Shown here one piece after another: positions 28,344-38,351 of a stretch of DNA of 64,000 bases. The notes beneath the pieces were generated by a model, which was not told where the DNA came from, made no database searches, and worked only from the letters and a program-made list of their open reading frames with translations. The translations under genes were made by a program, and so were the position numbers. Source of the stretch: Deltaproteobacteria bacterium (GTDB lineage Bacteria; Myxococcota_A; UBA796; UBA2385); NCBI GenBank assembly GCA_018401435.1, contig JAGYJW010000007.1:86615-150614 (forward strand), written 5' to 3'. Each line of letters opens with the position of its first letter. Position 1 is the first letter of the stretch.

Positions 28344-28368
28344 GGGCTCTCCAGACGAGGGGCTCAGT

Positions 28369-30606
28369 CTACTGCGGCGCGGAGGCATCCGCCGGGGCGA
28401 CCGGCGCCGCGACCGGCGACGGGAGGGCTTCGGCCGGCGGCCGCACCGTCAAGCCATCGGGTCGGAAGCCCAAGGCGCGCACCAGGAAGGCCCAGAGATC
28501 GGCGGCCTCGTCGATGCGCTGGCTGGTGGACATGCCCGCACCATGGCCCGCCCGGGTCTCGATTCGGATGAGCACGGGGGGATCGCCGCGGTGGCCCTCT
28601 TGCAGGGCCGCGGCAAATTTGAAGCTGTGGCCCGGCACCACCCGGTCGTCGTGGTCCGCCGTGTGGATGAGGGTGGCGGGGTAGCGGGTGCCCGGCCAGA
28701 CATTGTGCACCGGCGAGTAGGCCAGCAGAGCTTGGAACATCTCTTGGCTCTCGTCGGCGCGGCCATAGTCGCTGGCCCAGGCCCAACCGATGGTGAACTG
28801 GTGGTAGCGAAGCATGTCGAGGACGCCCACCCCGGGCAGCGCGGCGCCGAAGAGGTCGGGGCGCTGCACCATGACCGCGCCCACCAGCAGGCCGCCATTG
28901 CTGCGGCCGTTGATGGCCAGGCGTTCGGGGCGGGTCCAGCCCTGGCCGATCAACCACTCTGCGCCGGCGATGAAGTCGTCGAAGACATTCTGCTTGGACA
29001 GCTTGGTGCCGGCCATATGCCAGTCTTCACCATATTCGCCGCCCCCGCGCAGGTTGGCCACCGCATAGATGCCGCCCATCTCCAGCCAGACCGCCCGGTC
29101 GGCCCGAAAGCCCGGCGTCAGCGGGATGTTGAAGCCGCCATAGCCGTAGAGCAGGGTGGGGTTGCTGCCGTCGGGCTTGATGTCGCGCCGGCGGGTGATG
29201 AATATGGGGATCTTCGTGCCATCCTTGCTGGTATAGAAGGCCTGTTCGGTGATGTAGCGGTCGCGGTCGAAGTCCACCTTGGGGGCCTTCCAGACCGAGA
29301 TGGCCGAGCTTTGCAGGTCGTAGCGGTAGAGGCTGGGGGGGGTGATGAAGTCGGTGTAGTAGAAGTAGGTGTCGGTGGCGCTGCGCAGGCCGCCAAAACC
29401 CCCTGCGCTGCCCACCCCGGGCAGGGCCAGCTCTTGTTGCAGACTGCCGTCCAGGCCGTATCGGCGCACAACCGAGTGGGCGTCGTGCAGGGTCACCGCG
29501 AAGAGGCTGTCCCCCACGATGGACACGGACTCCAGCGTGTCTTCACCCTGGGGCAGCACGTCTACCCAGGAGGCCTTGTCGGGTGACGACAGGTCCAGCG
29601 CAAAGACCCGGCCCCGGGGGGCGTCGAGATTCGTGCTGATGTAGACCCGGTCGCCATCCTGGCCCAGCACGCGATACATGGCGTCGAAGTCATCGAAGAG
29701 CTTGACCAGGGGGCCGGTGGTCCGGCCCTTCTCGTCCAGACGCCAGTAGTAGAGGCGGTTCTTCTCTTCCGTGCCTTCGCCGATCCACAGCCACAGCACT
29801 CGGCCGTCTTCACTCACGTCGGCGCCCACGCCGCGGGTGGGGTGTTCGGGGTCGGCGTAGATCAGCTCGTCTTGGGACTGTGGGGTGCCCATCACATGGT
29901 AGTAGAGCTTCTGGTTCTCGTTGACCTGCTCCAGCGGGCTGTCGGGGGCGGGAAAGCGGGAGTACCAGAAGCCGGTGCTGTCGGGGGCCCAGGCCACGCC
30001 CGAGAACTTGGCCCACTCGATGCGATCGTCGAGATCCTGCCCGGTTTCGATGTCCCGCACGCGCCAGGTGCGCCAGTCCGATCCGCCATCGGAGAGCGCA
30101 TAGGCAATGTAGCGCCCGTCCCAGCTGACCGAGGTGGCGCCCAGGGACACGGTGCCGTCATCGGAGAAGCCGTTGGGGTCGAGCAGGACCCGGGGCGGGC
30201 TGTCGGCACCATCCGCCACATAGACGACGGAGTGTTCCTGCAGGCCGTCGTTCTTGGAGAAGAAGGTGCGGCCGCCCATTTGCCAGGGGGTGCTGTAGCG
30301 TTCGTAGTCCCACAGCTCGGTCAGGCGCGCCCGGATGGCGTCACGCTCGAGAATATCTGCCAGAACGCTGTCTGTAAGCGTATTCTGGGCGTCGATCCAT
30401 TTGCGCGTTTCTGCGCTGTCCGGGTCTTCGAGCCAACGGTAGGGGTCCGGCACATCCACGCCGAAGTGGCTCTCGACAACGTCGGCGCGGCGCGCAGCCG
30501 GGTAGACGAAGTCCAGGGACTCCGCATCCTGGCCGAAGTCAGCATGCTTGGGAGCGCAGCCCAGGGATAGGGCGACGGCGGCGGCGAAGAGGGGGCGAAC
30601 GGACAA
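28369..30606 (-). CDS. Prolyl oligopeptidase (S9A) with a lipoprotein signal
   Basis: DPYRWLED, LYGYGGF, NLRGGGEYG, GRSNGG (Ser), DHDDRV (Asp), AGHGAG (His); LSLGC lipobox. Confidence 0.95.
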   Translation of the reverse strand: MSVRPLFAAAVALSLGCAPKHADFGQDAESLDFVYPAARRADVVESHFGVDVPDPYRWLEDPDSAETRKWIDAQNTLTDSVLADILERDAIRARLTELWDYERYSTPWQMGGRTFFSKNDGLQEHSVVYVADGADSPPRVLLDPNGFSDDGTVSLGATSVSWDGRYIAYALSDGGSDWRTWRVRDIETGQDLDDRIEWAKFSGVAWAPDSTGFWYSRFPAPDSPLEQVNENQKLYYHVMGTPQSQDELIYADPEHPTRGVGADVSEDGRVLWLWIGEGTEEKNRLYYWRLDEKGRTTGPLVKLFDDFDAMYRVLGQDGDRVYISTNLDAPRGRVFALDLSSPDKASWVDVLPQGEDTLESVSIVGDSLFAVTLHDAHSVVRRYGLDGSLQQELALPGVGSAGGFGGLRSATDTYFYYTDFITPPSLYRYDLQSSAISVWKAPKVDFDRDRYITEQAFYTSKDGTKIPIFITRRRDIKPDGSNPTLLYGYGGFNIPLTPGFRADRAVWLEMGGIYAVANLRGGGEYGEDWHMAGTKLSKQNVFDDFIAGAEWLIGQGWTRPERLAINGRSNGGLLVGAVMVQRPDLFGAALPGVGVLDMLRYHQFTIGWAWASDYGRADESQEMFQALLAYSPVHNVWPGTRYPATLIHTADHDDRVVPGHSFKFAAALQEGHRGDPPVLIRIETRAGHGAGMSTSQRIDEAADLWAFLVRALGFRPDGLTVRPPAEALPSPVAAPVAPADASAPQ

Positions 30607-30688
30607 GACGGGACCTCCACAGCGGCCTGGGCCCTAATGCGAAGCGCGCGCGCTGTCCCCCGTCTCAGGCAACAACGCTCCCCCCCCT

Positions 30689-31822
30689 TCAGGGCGTGGC
30701 GAAGCGGTAGAAGGCCTCGTTTCGGGCCGGGGGCACCCGGTCCTTGGGCAGCAGCAGGGTGCGCACGGTCCACAGATCCGTGAAGATCCGGGCGTGGGTG
30801 GTGCGGTCCAGGTATTCGACCCCCGACGAGCCGCCGGTGCCCACCCGCCGGCCGATGATGCGCTCCACCATGCGGGCGTGGCGGTTGCGCCAGAGCACCA
30901 GCTGTTCCTCCAGCTCGACCACGGTGTCCACGAGCAGGCGCGGCCAGGCCAGCAAGGGCAGCTGACGGTGGCTCTCGATATAGAGCAGTCCGGCGCGGGC
31001 CCGGCGGGCGGTGGGGCGCATGGCCTCGCCCACATCCTCGGCGCCAAGGAAGGCGCGGGCGCCGGCGGTGGCGGCTGCGAACTTTTCACGAATGGCGTCT
31101 GGGGGCGCGATCCCGGCAGAGGCGAGGCGCTCGGCCTGCTCCTCCTGCCAGCCTTCGAGGGCGCGGAGGTAGCCCGTGACGAAGGTGGCCACGACGGCCT
31201 CGTCGCCGGCATCGCCGGGGGAGGAGCCATCGATGGGGGTGCGAGACAGCCAGTCGCGCACCACCCGCCGCAGGGTGCCGCCCTCGTCCGCCGCGGCGCT
31301 GGCCGCCAAGACGCGGCCCCAGGCGCTGGCCCCGCCGGGGCTGTTCTTGGCCAGCTCGCGGATATGGGCCAGGGCGTCGGTCTGGCCATAGGTCTCCCGC
31401 TGGCTGGCCCGCAGGCCCAGCAGGATCTCCAATTCGCGCATCTGGTGGCTTTGAAAGCCGCTGGCGGGGGCCAGCTTGTCCCGGAAGCCCAGGAAGTCCT
31501 GTGGAGTGAGGGTCTCCATCACCTCGAACTGGGCGACGGCGTGGCGCAGGATCGTGCTGACTCGCCGCAGGTGATGAACCGCGTGGGGGACCGTCTCTTC
31601 GGGCACCCGGGCGGTACGGAAGGCCCCGATGGCCTCGCGCAGCTCCCGCAGCACCATCTTGAACCACAGCTCATAGGTCTGGTGGATGATGATGAAGAGC
31701 AGCTCGTCCGCCACCAGCGCCTCTTCGCCGCCGTCGACGCCGCCTTGCAGCGACAGCAGGGACTCGAGCTGAAGGTAGTCCCAGTAGTTGGGCAGGGGGG
31801 CGGTGGAGGTCGGGTCGGACAT
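30689..31822 (-). CDS. kynA: Tryptophan 2,3-dioxygenase
   Basis: YWDYLQL, ELLFIIIHQTYELWFK, FRDKLAPASGFQS, WRNRHARMVERIIG and GTGGSSGVEYL. Confidence 0.93.
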   Translation of the reverse strand: MSDPTSTAPLPNYWDYLQLESLLSLQGGVDGGEEALVADELLFIIIHQTYELWFKMVLRELREAIGAFRTARVPEETVPHAVHHLRRVSTILRHAVAQFEVMETLTPQDFLGFRDKLAPASGFQSHQMRELEILLGLRASQRETYGQTDALAHIRELAKNSPGGASAWGRVLAASAAADEGGTLRRVVRDWLSRTPIDGSSPGDAGDEAVVATFVTGYLRALEGWQEEQAERLASAGIAPPDAIREKFAAATAGARAFLGAEDVGEAMRPTARRARAGLLYIESHRQLPLLAWPRLLVDTVVELEEQLVLWRNRHARMVERIIGRRVGTGGSSGVEYLDRTTHARIFTDLWTVRTLLLPKDRVPPARNEAFYRFATP

Positions 31823-31939
31823 GGTTCACCTCGGCTTTGCCACCGGCTAACCAACGCGGGGCCAGCCGGCGCAGAGGCCGTGGTAGCGTGGCGCGCCCCG
31901 GGCCCCGACTGGCCCGACGATTTCGCCCTGGAGTGTCCG

Positions 31940-33094
31940 ATGTCCCGTCTGCCTTTCGCCCTGCTCCTGCTCTCTGGGGCCTGTGGTCCCACCACCGGCC
32001 TGGACGGCGACAAGGCCCGTGCCGCGGTAGAAGACGCATTCAAGGCGGCGAATCCGCCGGGGCGCACGGGGCTGCTGCTGGCGGGGCACTCGGTCTGGCT
32101 GGAGACCACCGCCTTTGACAAGAGCTGCCTGGAGGCCAAGGACCTGGCCTTCAACGACGATCCCGCCAGCCGCTCGGGGGCCTCGGGCCCGCGCATCTCG
32201 CCCACCTATTCGGCCCAGCGCTTCATCACCGCAAGCACCCCCAAGGGCTGGTGCGTGCTGCTGGGGGAGGACCCCAGCCTGACGGTGGAAGATGTCAGCT
32301 GGGGTGGCGACCACTACCGGGTGAGCGTGGCCGTGGGCATCACCAACCCCACCCCCTGGTTCGAGTGCCTGACGGAGAGCGAGAAGAAGCGGCGCATCGA
32401 CGTGCGCTTCGACGAGCAGGGCCAGGCCCGCCTGGAGGGTGGGGTGGACCTGCACCAGGGCGACTGCCCGAGCCCCCTGCCGGGTGGAGAGACCCGGGGG
32501 CCGGCGACCGCGCACCCGCGCCTGGCCCACGCGGGCCCCACCAAGGACGAGCTCAAGACCCTGGTGATGGCCTTTGACGACGCGCTCTACGCCGGCAGGA
32601 GCGCCGAGGCCCTGGGCATGACGGCCTGCTTCAACCTGGTGGACGCGGCCCCATTCTACGGAAACTGTTCGGTGGGGGAGATCATCAATGTGGGGCCGTC
32701 CTTCCACGGCGAGCAGCGCAGCCAGGATGGTACCCCCTGGGCCGAATATACCATCGCCAGCCTGGATGACCTGGGCCCGGTGCTCAAGGACAAGAAGTGG
32801 CCCGGGCTCTACCACGCCACGATGAAGCACAAGCGCACCGGCAAGGATCGCAGCTTCAGCGTGCTGTGGACGACCGAGGGCTGGAAGATGGTGGGCGTGA
32901 TCGGCCAGAAGGCCGAGTCACTCACCAGTCTGCGCTATCTTTACGATCTGCACCGTGCCGACCGCCGAGAAGTCTTCGAGCGGCGGCTTGCCGGCGAAGA
33001 GCTGGACGAGCAGGGCCTCTCGCTCAAGCCCGAGTCCGAGGAGGAGACGAAGCGCGGCGGCGGCGGTGGCGGCGGCGGGGTCGTGACCTTCTGA
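31940..33094 (+). CDS. Hypothetical Cys-containing lipoprotein
   Basis: MSRLPFALLLLSGAC lipobox and GC3-biased ORF. Confidence 0.65.
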   Translation: MSRLPFALLLLSGACGPTTGLDGDKARAAVEDAFKAANPPGRTGLLLAGHSVWLETTAFDKSCLEAKDLAFNDDPASRSGASGPRISPTYSAQRFITASTPKGWCVLLGEDPSLTVEDVSWGGDHYRVSVAVGITNPTPWFECLTESEKKRRIDVRFDEQGQARLEGGVDLHQGDCPSPLPGGETRGPATAHPRLAHAGPTKDELKTLVMAFDDALYAGRSAEALGMTACFNLVDAAPFYGNCSVGEIINVGPSFHGEQRSQDGTPWAEYTIASLDDLGPVLKDKKWPGLYHATMKHKRTGKDRSFSVLWTTEGWKMVGVIGQKAESLTSLRYLYDLHRADRREVFERRLAGEELDEQGLSLKPESEEETKRGGGGGGGGVVTF

Positions 33095-33118
33095 GCCGGC
33101 CCGGGGCCGCGCATCCGG

Positions 33119-35147
33119 CTATTCGGCGGTGGCGCCTTCGCCCTGGGACACCCGGTAGCGCCGGCGCGTTTCGACGGTGAAGGTCTCGGTGCTGCCGACA
33201 GCGTCGGGCCAGGTGATGGTCACCTCGGCCGTGGCCTCCTGCCCCAGGCCCAGGTGCACGCGCAGATCGTCCTGGTGGCCCCACTGGCCGCCGCCCCCGC
33301 CCACTTGTCGGGCCTGGGTGACCCCGCCCGCCGTCACATCGACGCGGGCGCCGATGGCGGCGCGGTTGCTGCCCGCGGCTCCCACCAGGTCCAGCTGCAG
33401 CCAGGCGTTGTCCTGGCCAACCTTGTTTTCGAAGAATCGAATGGCGCCGGTGGGATAGCACTCGCCCTCGCAGCGGGCCAGGGAGTGCCCCACCACGATG
33501 TCCAGGTCGCCATCCCGATCGAAGTCGGCCACCACGCTGCCGTGGCTGCGCAGATGGTCGATGCCGACGGCGGTGGGCACGGCCTCGAAGTAGCGCAAGG
33601 CCGACTGGTGCCAGAGCAGGCCCCGGGTGCCGGGGTAGTCGCTGCTCCCCACATAGACATCGGTCCAGCAGTCGTTGTCGAAGTCAAAGAGGCTGCCGGT
33701 GATGTCGCCGTCATTCCAATCCACCCGGTCGTGGTCCCGGGTCAGACCGGTCCAGTCGTTGCCCGGGCGGCGGAAGTCCGGGTCGGCGCTGCCCTGGTTG
33801 AACATCAGCTCGGAGGGATCGGAGCTGCTGCCCACATCCCAGTGCACGATCTCGGTGGTGAGCAGGTCGAACCAGCCGTCGTTGTCCATATCCGCACAGA
33901 CGGTCTGGCCGGAGTTTCCGCCCAGACGGAAGGGCTCGCGGTCATAGTCGTGATCCCAGCGAAAGGCGTCGGCGTCGCTGCTGCAACGGATATTCTCGGG
34001 CTCGGGCACACCCGCGCAGTCCTCGTCGGTGGGGTGCAGGGTGCACCAACAGCGCGCAGACTCGTTGTCGCTCCAGTCCTCCCGGTAGTCGAAGGCATAG
34101 CCCGAGGCGATGCTCTGGTTGCGGTAGCCGCCCTCGGGCAGGGCCTGCCACAGGTGGTTGGGCGAGCGGCCATAGCTGGCGCTGAGCAGCTCGGGCCGCT
34201 GATCGTTGTTGAGGTCGCAGGCCAGCGCCGCCCAGGCGCGGGTGTGGGCCCGCGCCTCGTTCAGGGGGCCCACGAAGTTCCAGGGCTCGGTGCGCAACCC
34301 CGCTGCGGCGGTGATGTCGGCGAAGCCCCCCGCCCCATCGCCCTGGTAGAGGGCGTCTTGGGCGGGGCTGCCGGCGGCGTCGGCATAGGAGGTGATCCAG
34401 AGGTCGAGGTTGCCGTCACGGTCGGCATCCACGAAGCTGGCCCCGTATTGGGTGGCAGGGTGGCTGCGGGCGGCGTTGGTGGCGTCGGCATAGGCGAAGG
34501 TGCCATCGCCCTGGTTGAGGAGCAGCTCGTTGTCGGCGACGAGATCGGTGGAGGTGGTGCCGGTCCAGGCGTCGAGATCGCCGTCGTTGTCCACATCTCC
34601 CCAGACCCACACATGGGCCTGCCGCCCCGCCGAGCTGTCGCGGCGTTGGGTGCCCCCTGCGGCCTCGGTCACATCGACAAAGTGCCCTGCACCGTCGTTG
34701 TGGAGCAGCCAGATGGCGCGGGCGCCAGCCCCGAAGTCGTTGCCGCCCGACCCGCTGCGCACCACCAGATCCGTCCAGCCATCCCCATCGAAGTCCACCG
34801 CGTTCATGCGAACGCCGATGGGGGCGATGGTGTCCAGGCCCCAGGCCGCGGTGGCCTCTTCGAATGCGGGGCGGCTGCCATCAAAGCGGGCGCCGGCGCC
34901 ACAAGAGCCCGGCAGGGGCGTGTCGCCGGGGCTGCCGGTGGCCCCGTGTCTTCACCCCTCCGCCGTCGGTGCCGTCGGTGCCATCGGCGCCATCCGTACC
35001 GTCGGCGCCGTCGCTTCCATCCGTTCCATCGGCCCCATCCGCTCCGTCGCTGCCGTCGGCGCCATCGGTGGCCGGCGCCCCCGAATCCCCACCCGAGCAG
35101 CCAGAGAGCAGGACAAGCAGGAGGAGGCTGGAGGCGCGCGCGTGCAT
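33119..35147 (-). CDS. FG-GAP repeat / ASPIC-UnbV (CRTAC1-like) lipoprotein, frameshifted near 34940-34960
   Basis: LLSGC lipobox and DGxDG linker from ATG 35147. Repeated DxDxDGxxD motifs and C-terminal NRAAIGARV...VHLGLG...ITWPD lie in the frame of 33119-34807. Confidence 0.8.
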
Positions 35148-35314
35148 GGGGGGCTCCGGGGAGGGCTGCAGCGTAGCCGCCGCGAAGCAACTTCGGGCCT
35201 TCGGGCTGCGGGATGAAGGGACGGCGAAGGGGTGTGCAGCGTGCCGGCTGCGGGTGGAAGCTGCGGCTGCACGCCAAGGACGCTACGATTGCCGCTCTCC
35301 CGGAGGCCGCCCCG

Positions 35315-36226
35315 ATGCGAAGGATCCTGACCCTGGTTGCCCTGCTGTCCGCCTGTGAGGCCAAGGACGGCGGAGCAGCCGCAGACACTGCCAGCGACGC
35401 CACGGATGGCGGCGACGGTGCGGACACCGGTGACGGCACCGACGGGGCAGATGGCACGGACGCCGGCGACGGTTCCGATGGCGCGGATGGCAGCGATGGC
35501 ACCGACGGCGGCGGGGCCACCGGCTGTTCGGGGGGGGCTGGCTTGGAGCGGGGCGATCGCTTCCTCAACACCCCAGATGGCGCCTCCTTCTGGGTGCTCT
35601 ATACCGAACCCGTCCCCGATTGTGCGCCGCTGCTGGTCTTCCTCCACGGCGGGGACAGCGTGGGCGGCTATGACCGGGGGCTGTGGCGCAGCCCCTTGCC
35701 CACCGGCGTGGACGTCAAGAGCAACGAGTGGGGCTATGCGCTGCTGGTGCCCTATCTGGAAGAGGCGGCCAGCACGACCCACAGCTGGTCGGCCGACCCG
35801 GCCGATGAACAGGCCGAGCTGGAGGCCATGATCGACAGCCTGGCCACGCAGGCCAACATCAACCTCGACCGCGTGATGTTCGTGGGCCATGGCGAAGGCG
35901 GCGACGTGGCCACCTGGCTGGCCTTGAACGCCCCAGCGCGCATGGAGCGGGCCACAACCGTGGGTGCTGGGTTGGGTTGCGCAGGCTTTGGCTACCCGGC
36001 CACCGAACCCTCACCCAAGCTGCCCTTCTATGCCGCCCATGATCCCGCAGACTCGGTGCGCCCCTACAGTTGCACCGAGACCCTGGAGCTGGAGCTGACC
36101 ACCCATGGCCACGACATCGACGTGGACAGTCGGGCCCTGGGCGCAGACGGCCACGGCTGGGTCCCCGACCTGACCGATGCCCTGTTGGAGGCCTGGCTGA
36201 CCGAGCGCACGCCGCCCACGCGCTGA
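35315..36226 (+). CDS. Lipoprotein with DGxDG linker and alpha/beta-hydrolase (PHB depolymerase/esterase-like) domain
   Basis: LLSAC lipobox; PLLVFLHGG, INLDRVMFVGHGEGG, HDPADSVRP, GHGW. Confidence 0.7.
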   Translation: MRRILTLVALLSACEAKDGGAAADTASDATDGGDGADTGDGTDGADGTDAGDGSDGADGSDGTDGGGATGCSGGAGLERGDRFLNTPDGASFWVLYTEPVPDCAPLLVFLHGGDSVGGYDRGLWRSPLPTGVDVKSNEWGYALLVPYLEEAASTTHSWSADPADEQAELEAMIDSLATQANINLDRVMFVGHGEGGDVATWLALNAPARMERATTVGAGLGCAGFGYPATEPSPKLPFYAAHDPADSVRPYSCTETLELELTTHGHDIDVDSRALGADGHGWVPDLTDALLEAWLTERTPPTR

Positions 36227-36239
36227 CGGTCCAGGGCGC

Positions 36240-37103
36240 TCAGAGATCCTCGTCGAGGGTGCCCATGCCACCTGCCACGAATTCCCGCACATAGCGCTGG
36301 TCGCTGTTGCGGGCTTCTTCGGGGGTGCCCACAAAGGAGATGCGCCGCTCGTGAACCATGGCGAGTCGGTCGGTCACGGTGAAGACCGTGTCCATGTCGT
36401 GGGTCACGACCAGGCTGGTCACCCCCAGCTCTTCCTGCAGCCGCAAGATGATGCCGTTGATGCGCCGCACATTGATGGGGTCGAGGCCGGTGGTGGGCTC
36501 GTCGTAGAGGATGACCTCGGGCTGCACGGCGATGGCCCGCGCCAGGCCCACCCGCTTCTTCATGCCGCCCGAGAGCTGGGCGGGGAATTTCTCTTCGATG
36601 CCGGGCATGTCCACCATCTTGAGCACCTCGGTCACCCGCCGGTCCATCTTGGCTTCGTCCCCCCAGCGGTGCTCGCGCAGGGGGTACTTGATGTTGTCCG
36701 CCACCGACATCGAGTCGAAGAGGGCCGCACCTTGGAATAGAAAGGCGACCCGGGCCCGCAGCGCCAGCAGCTGGGCGTTGTCCATCTCGGTGACCTCCTG
36801 GCCAAAGGCCTGGATGCTGCCCGAGGTGGTGGGCAGCAGGCCGATGAGCAGCTTGAGCAGCACGCTCTTGCCCACGCCCGAACCGCCGATGATCGTCAGG
36901 GTCTCGCCCGGGTAGACCTGCAGGTCCAGGCCTTCGTAGATGCTGAGCTTGCCGAATCGTTTGTGCACATTCTCGAAGCGCAGGATGGCTTCGGTACCCG
37001 GCGCCGGCAGAACGCGATGGGTCTTGCCCACATCGTCTCTGCGGCTGGCGCGGTCGTCCTCGGGGGGGGCGCCGGGGCTGTCGGGGGGGAGGGAATCAGG
37101 CAT
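36240..37103 (-). CDS. mlaF: MlaF/Mkl-type ABC ATPase
   Basis: GGSGVGKS, FQGAALFDSM, LSGGMKKRVGLARA, YDEPTTGLDP, VTHD. Confidence 0.9.
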   Translation of the reverse strand: MPDSLPPDSPGAPPEDDRASRRDDVGKTHRVLPAPGTEAILRFENVHKRFGKLSIYEGLDLQVYPGETLTIIGGSGVGKSVLLKLLIGLLPTTSGSIQAFGQEVTEMDNAQLLALRARVAFLFQGAALFDSMSVADNIKYPLREHRWGDEAKMDRRVTEVLKMVDMPGIEEKFPAQLSGGMKKRVGLARAIAVQPEVILYDEPTTGLDPINVRRINGIILRLQEELGVTSLVVTHDMDTVFTVTDRLAMVHERRISFVGTPEEARNSDQRYVREFVAGGMGTLDEDL

Positions 37104-37854
37104 AGATCTTCATCAGGATCTGGCTGAGGAAGAAGTCGGCCACCAGGATGGTGACCGAGGTGAAGACCACAGTGGAGGTGGTTGCCTTGCCCACTGCGAC
37201 CGATCCGCCATGCACCTTCATGCCGTTCCAGCAGGCGATGATGGCGATGATGGAGCCAAAGAAGAGGCTCTTGATGAGCCCGTGCATCACGTCGTCCACC
37301 GTCAGGGTCTCGACCATCTGTTGGGTGGCAAAGGTTGCGGTGAGCCCAACATCCAACATGGTGATGAGGGCGCCCCCCGCGCAGCCGATCACATCGGCCA
37401 TGATGGTGAGCAAGGGGATGGCCAGGGTCATGGCCAGAACCCGCGGCACCACCAGCTTGCGCACCGGATCCGCCCCCAAGGCGCGGATGGCGTCGATCTG
37501 TTCGGTGACCGCCATGCTGCCCAGCTCGGCCGTGAAGCCCGCCCCCACGCGACCGCCCACCAGCAAGGCCGTCAGCACGGGGCCCAGCTCCCGCACGATG
37601 CCCAGGGCCACGATCTTTCCCGTATAGACGGTGGCCCCGAAGGGCTCCAGGCCCACCGCGAACTGGGCGGCCATCACCATGCCGGTGAAGGTGGCGGTGA
37701 GCACGGTGATGCTGGTGCTGTCCACCCCCCCCTGCTCCAGCTGGGTGAGGGTGAGGTCGAATTCAAAGGGGGGCCGCACGATCTCGCGCAGGGTGCGCCC
37801 CGTGAGGATCGACACCTCGCCCAGGGCCTCAAAGAAGGGGAGCAGGGGGTTCAC
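37096..37854 (-). CDS. mlaE: MlaE-type ABC permease
   Basis: VRELGPVLTALLVGGRVGA, AELGSMAVTEQIDA, LVVPRV, VGKATT. Confidence 0.92.
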   Translation of the reverse strand: MNPLLPFFEALGEVSILTGRTLREIVRPPFEFDLTLTQLEQGGVDSTSITVLTATFTGMVMAAQFAVGLEPFGATVYTGKIVALGIVRELGPVLTALLVGGRVGAGFTAELGSMAVTEQIDAIRALGADPVRKLVVPRVLAMTLAIPLLTIMADVIGCAGGALITMLDVGLTATFATQQMVETLTVDDVMHGLIKSLFFGSIIAIIACWNGMKVHGGSVAVGKATTSTVVFTSVTILVADFFLSQILMKIYA

Positions 37855-38351
37855 GGTTCGAGGCCGCGGCTCTTGAAGCCCTGCACCATCTGCACGAAGT
37901 CGGGCCAGCCCTGCTCAAAGGTGGCGGGGGGCGCGATGTAGAGCAGGTCGTAGAGGCAGTCATCCTGCTTGGTGACCATGACGCCCACCTTCACCTTCAC
38001 CCCGTCGAGCTGCCCGCTGATCACCTGGATCAGGGCCTCGCGGCGGTCCAAGATCAGGGACTCGATGCGTTCGGGCTCGCCCCGGGCGATGCCCCAGCCC
38101 AGGTGCCTCGCGAGGTCGGCCAGCTGCCCATCTTCGTAGCGGGTGCCGCAATTGGCGTCGCCGTAGATGCTGCCGGAGATGCCGCCGTGAAACCAGGCGC
38201 GATCGGCGCTGCCGGGGTCCACTCGGGCCCAACCCGGGCCGGGCTGGCCCAGGCTGAAGCGGGGGCCGTCGTTGTTGCCGCCGCGGCGACCCTTGGCGCA
38301 GCCGCTCAGGACCACCAGGGCCAGCATGCAGAGACGGAGACCCACCCTCAC
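37851..38351 (-). CDS. Hypothetical lipoprotein
   Basis: LVVLSGC lipobox; CLYDLLYIAPP; 4-bp overlaps with both neighbours. Confidence 0.65.
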   Translation of the reverse strand: MRVGLRLCMLALVVLSGCAKGRRGGNNDGPRFSLGQPGPGWARVDPGSADRAWFHGGISGSIYGDANCGTRYEDGQLADLARHLGWGIARGEPERIESLILDRREALIQVISGQLDGVKVKVGVMVTKQDDCLYDLLYIAPPATFEQGWPDFVQMVQGFKSRGLEP

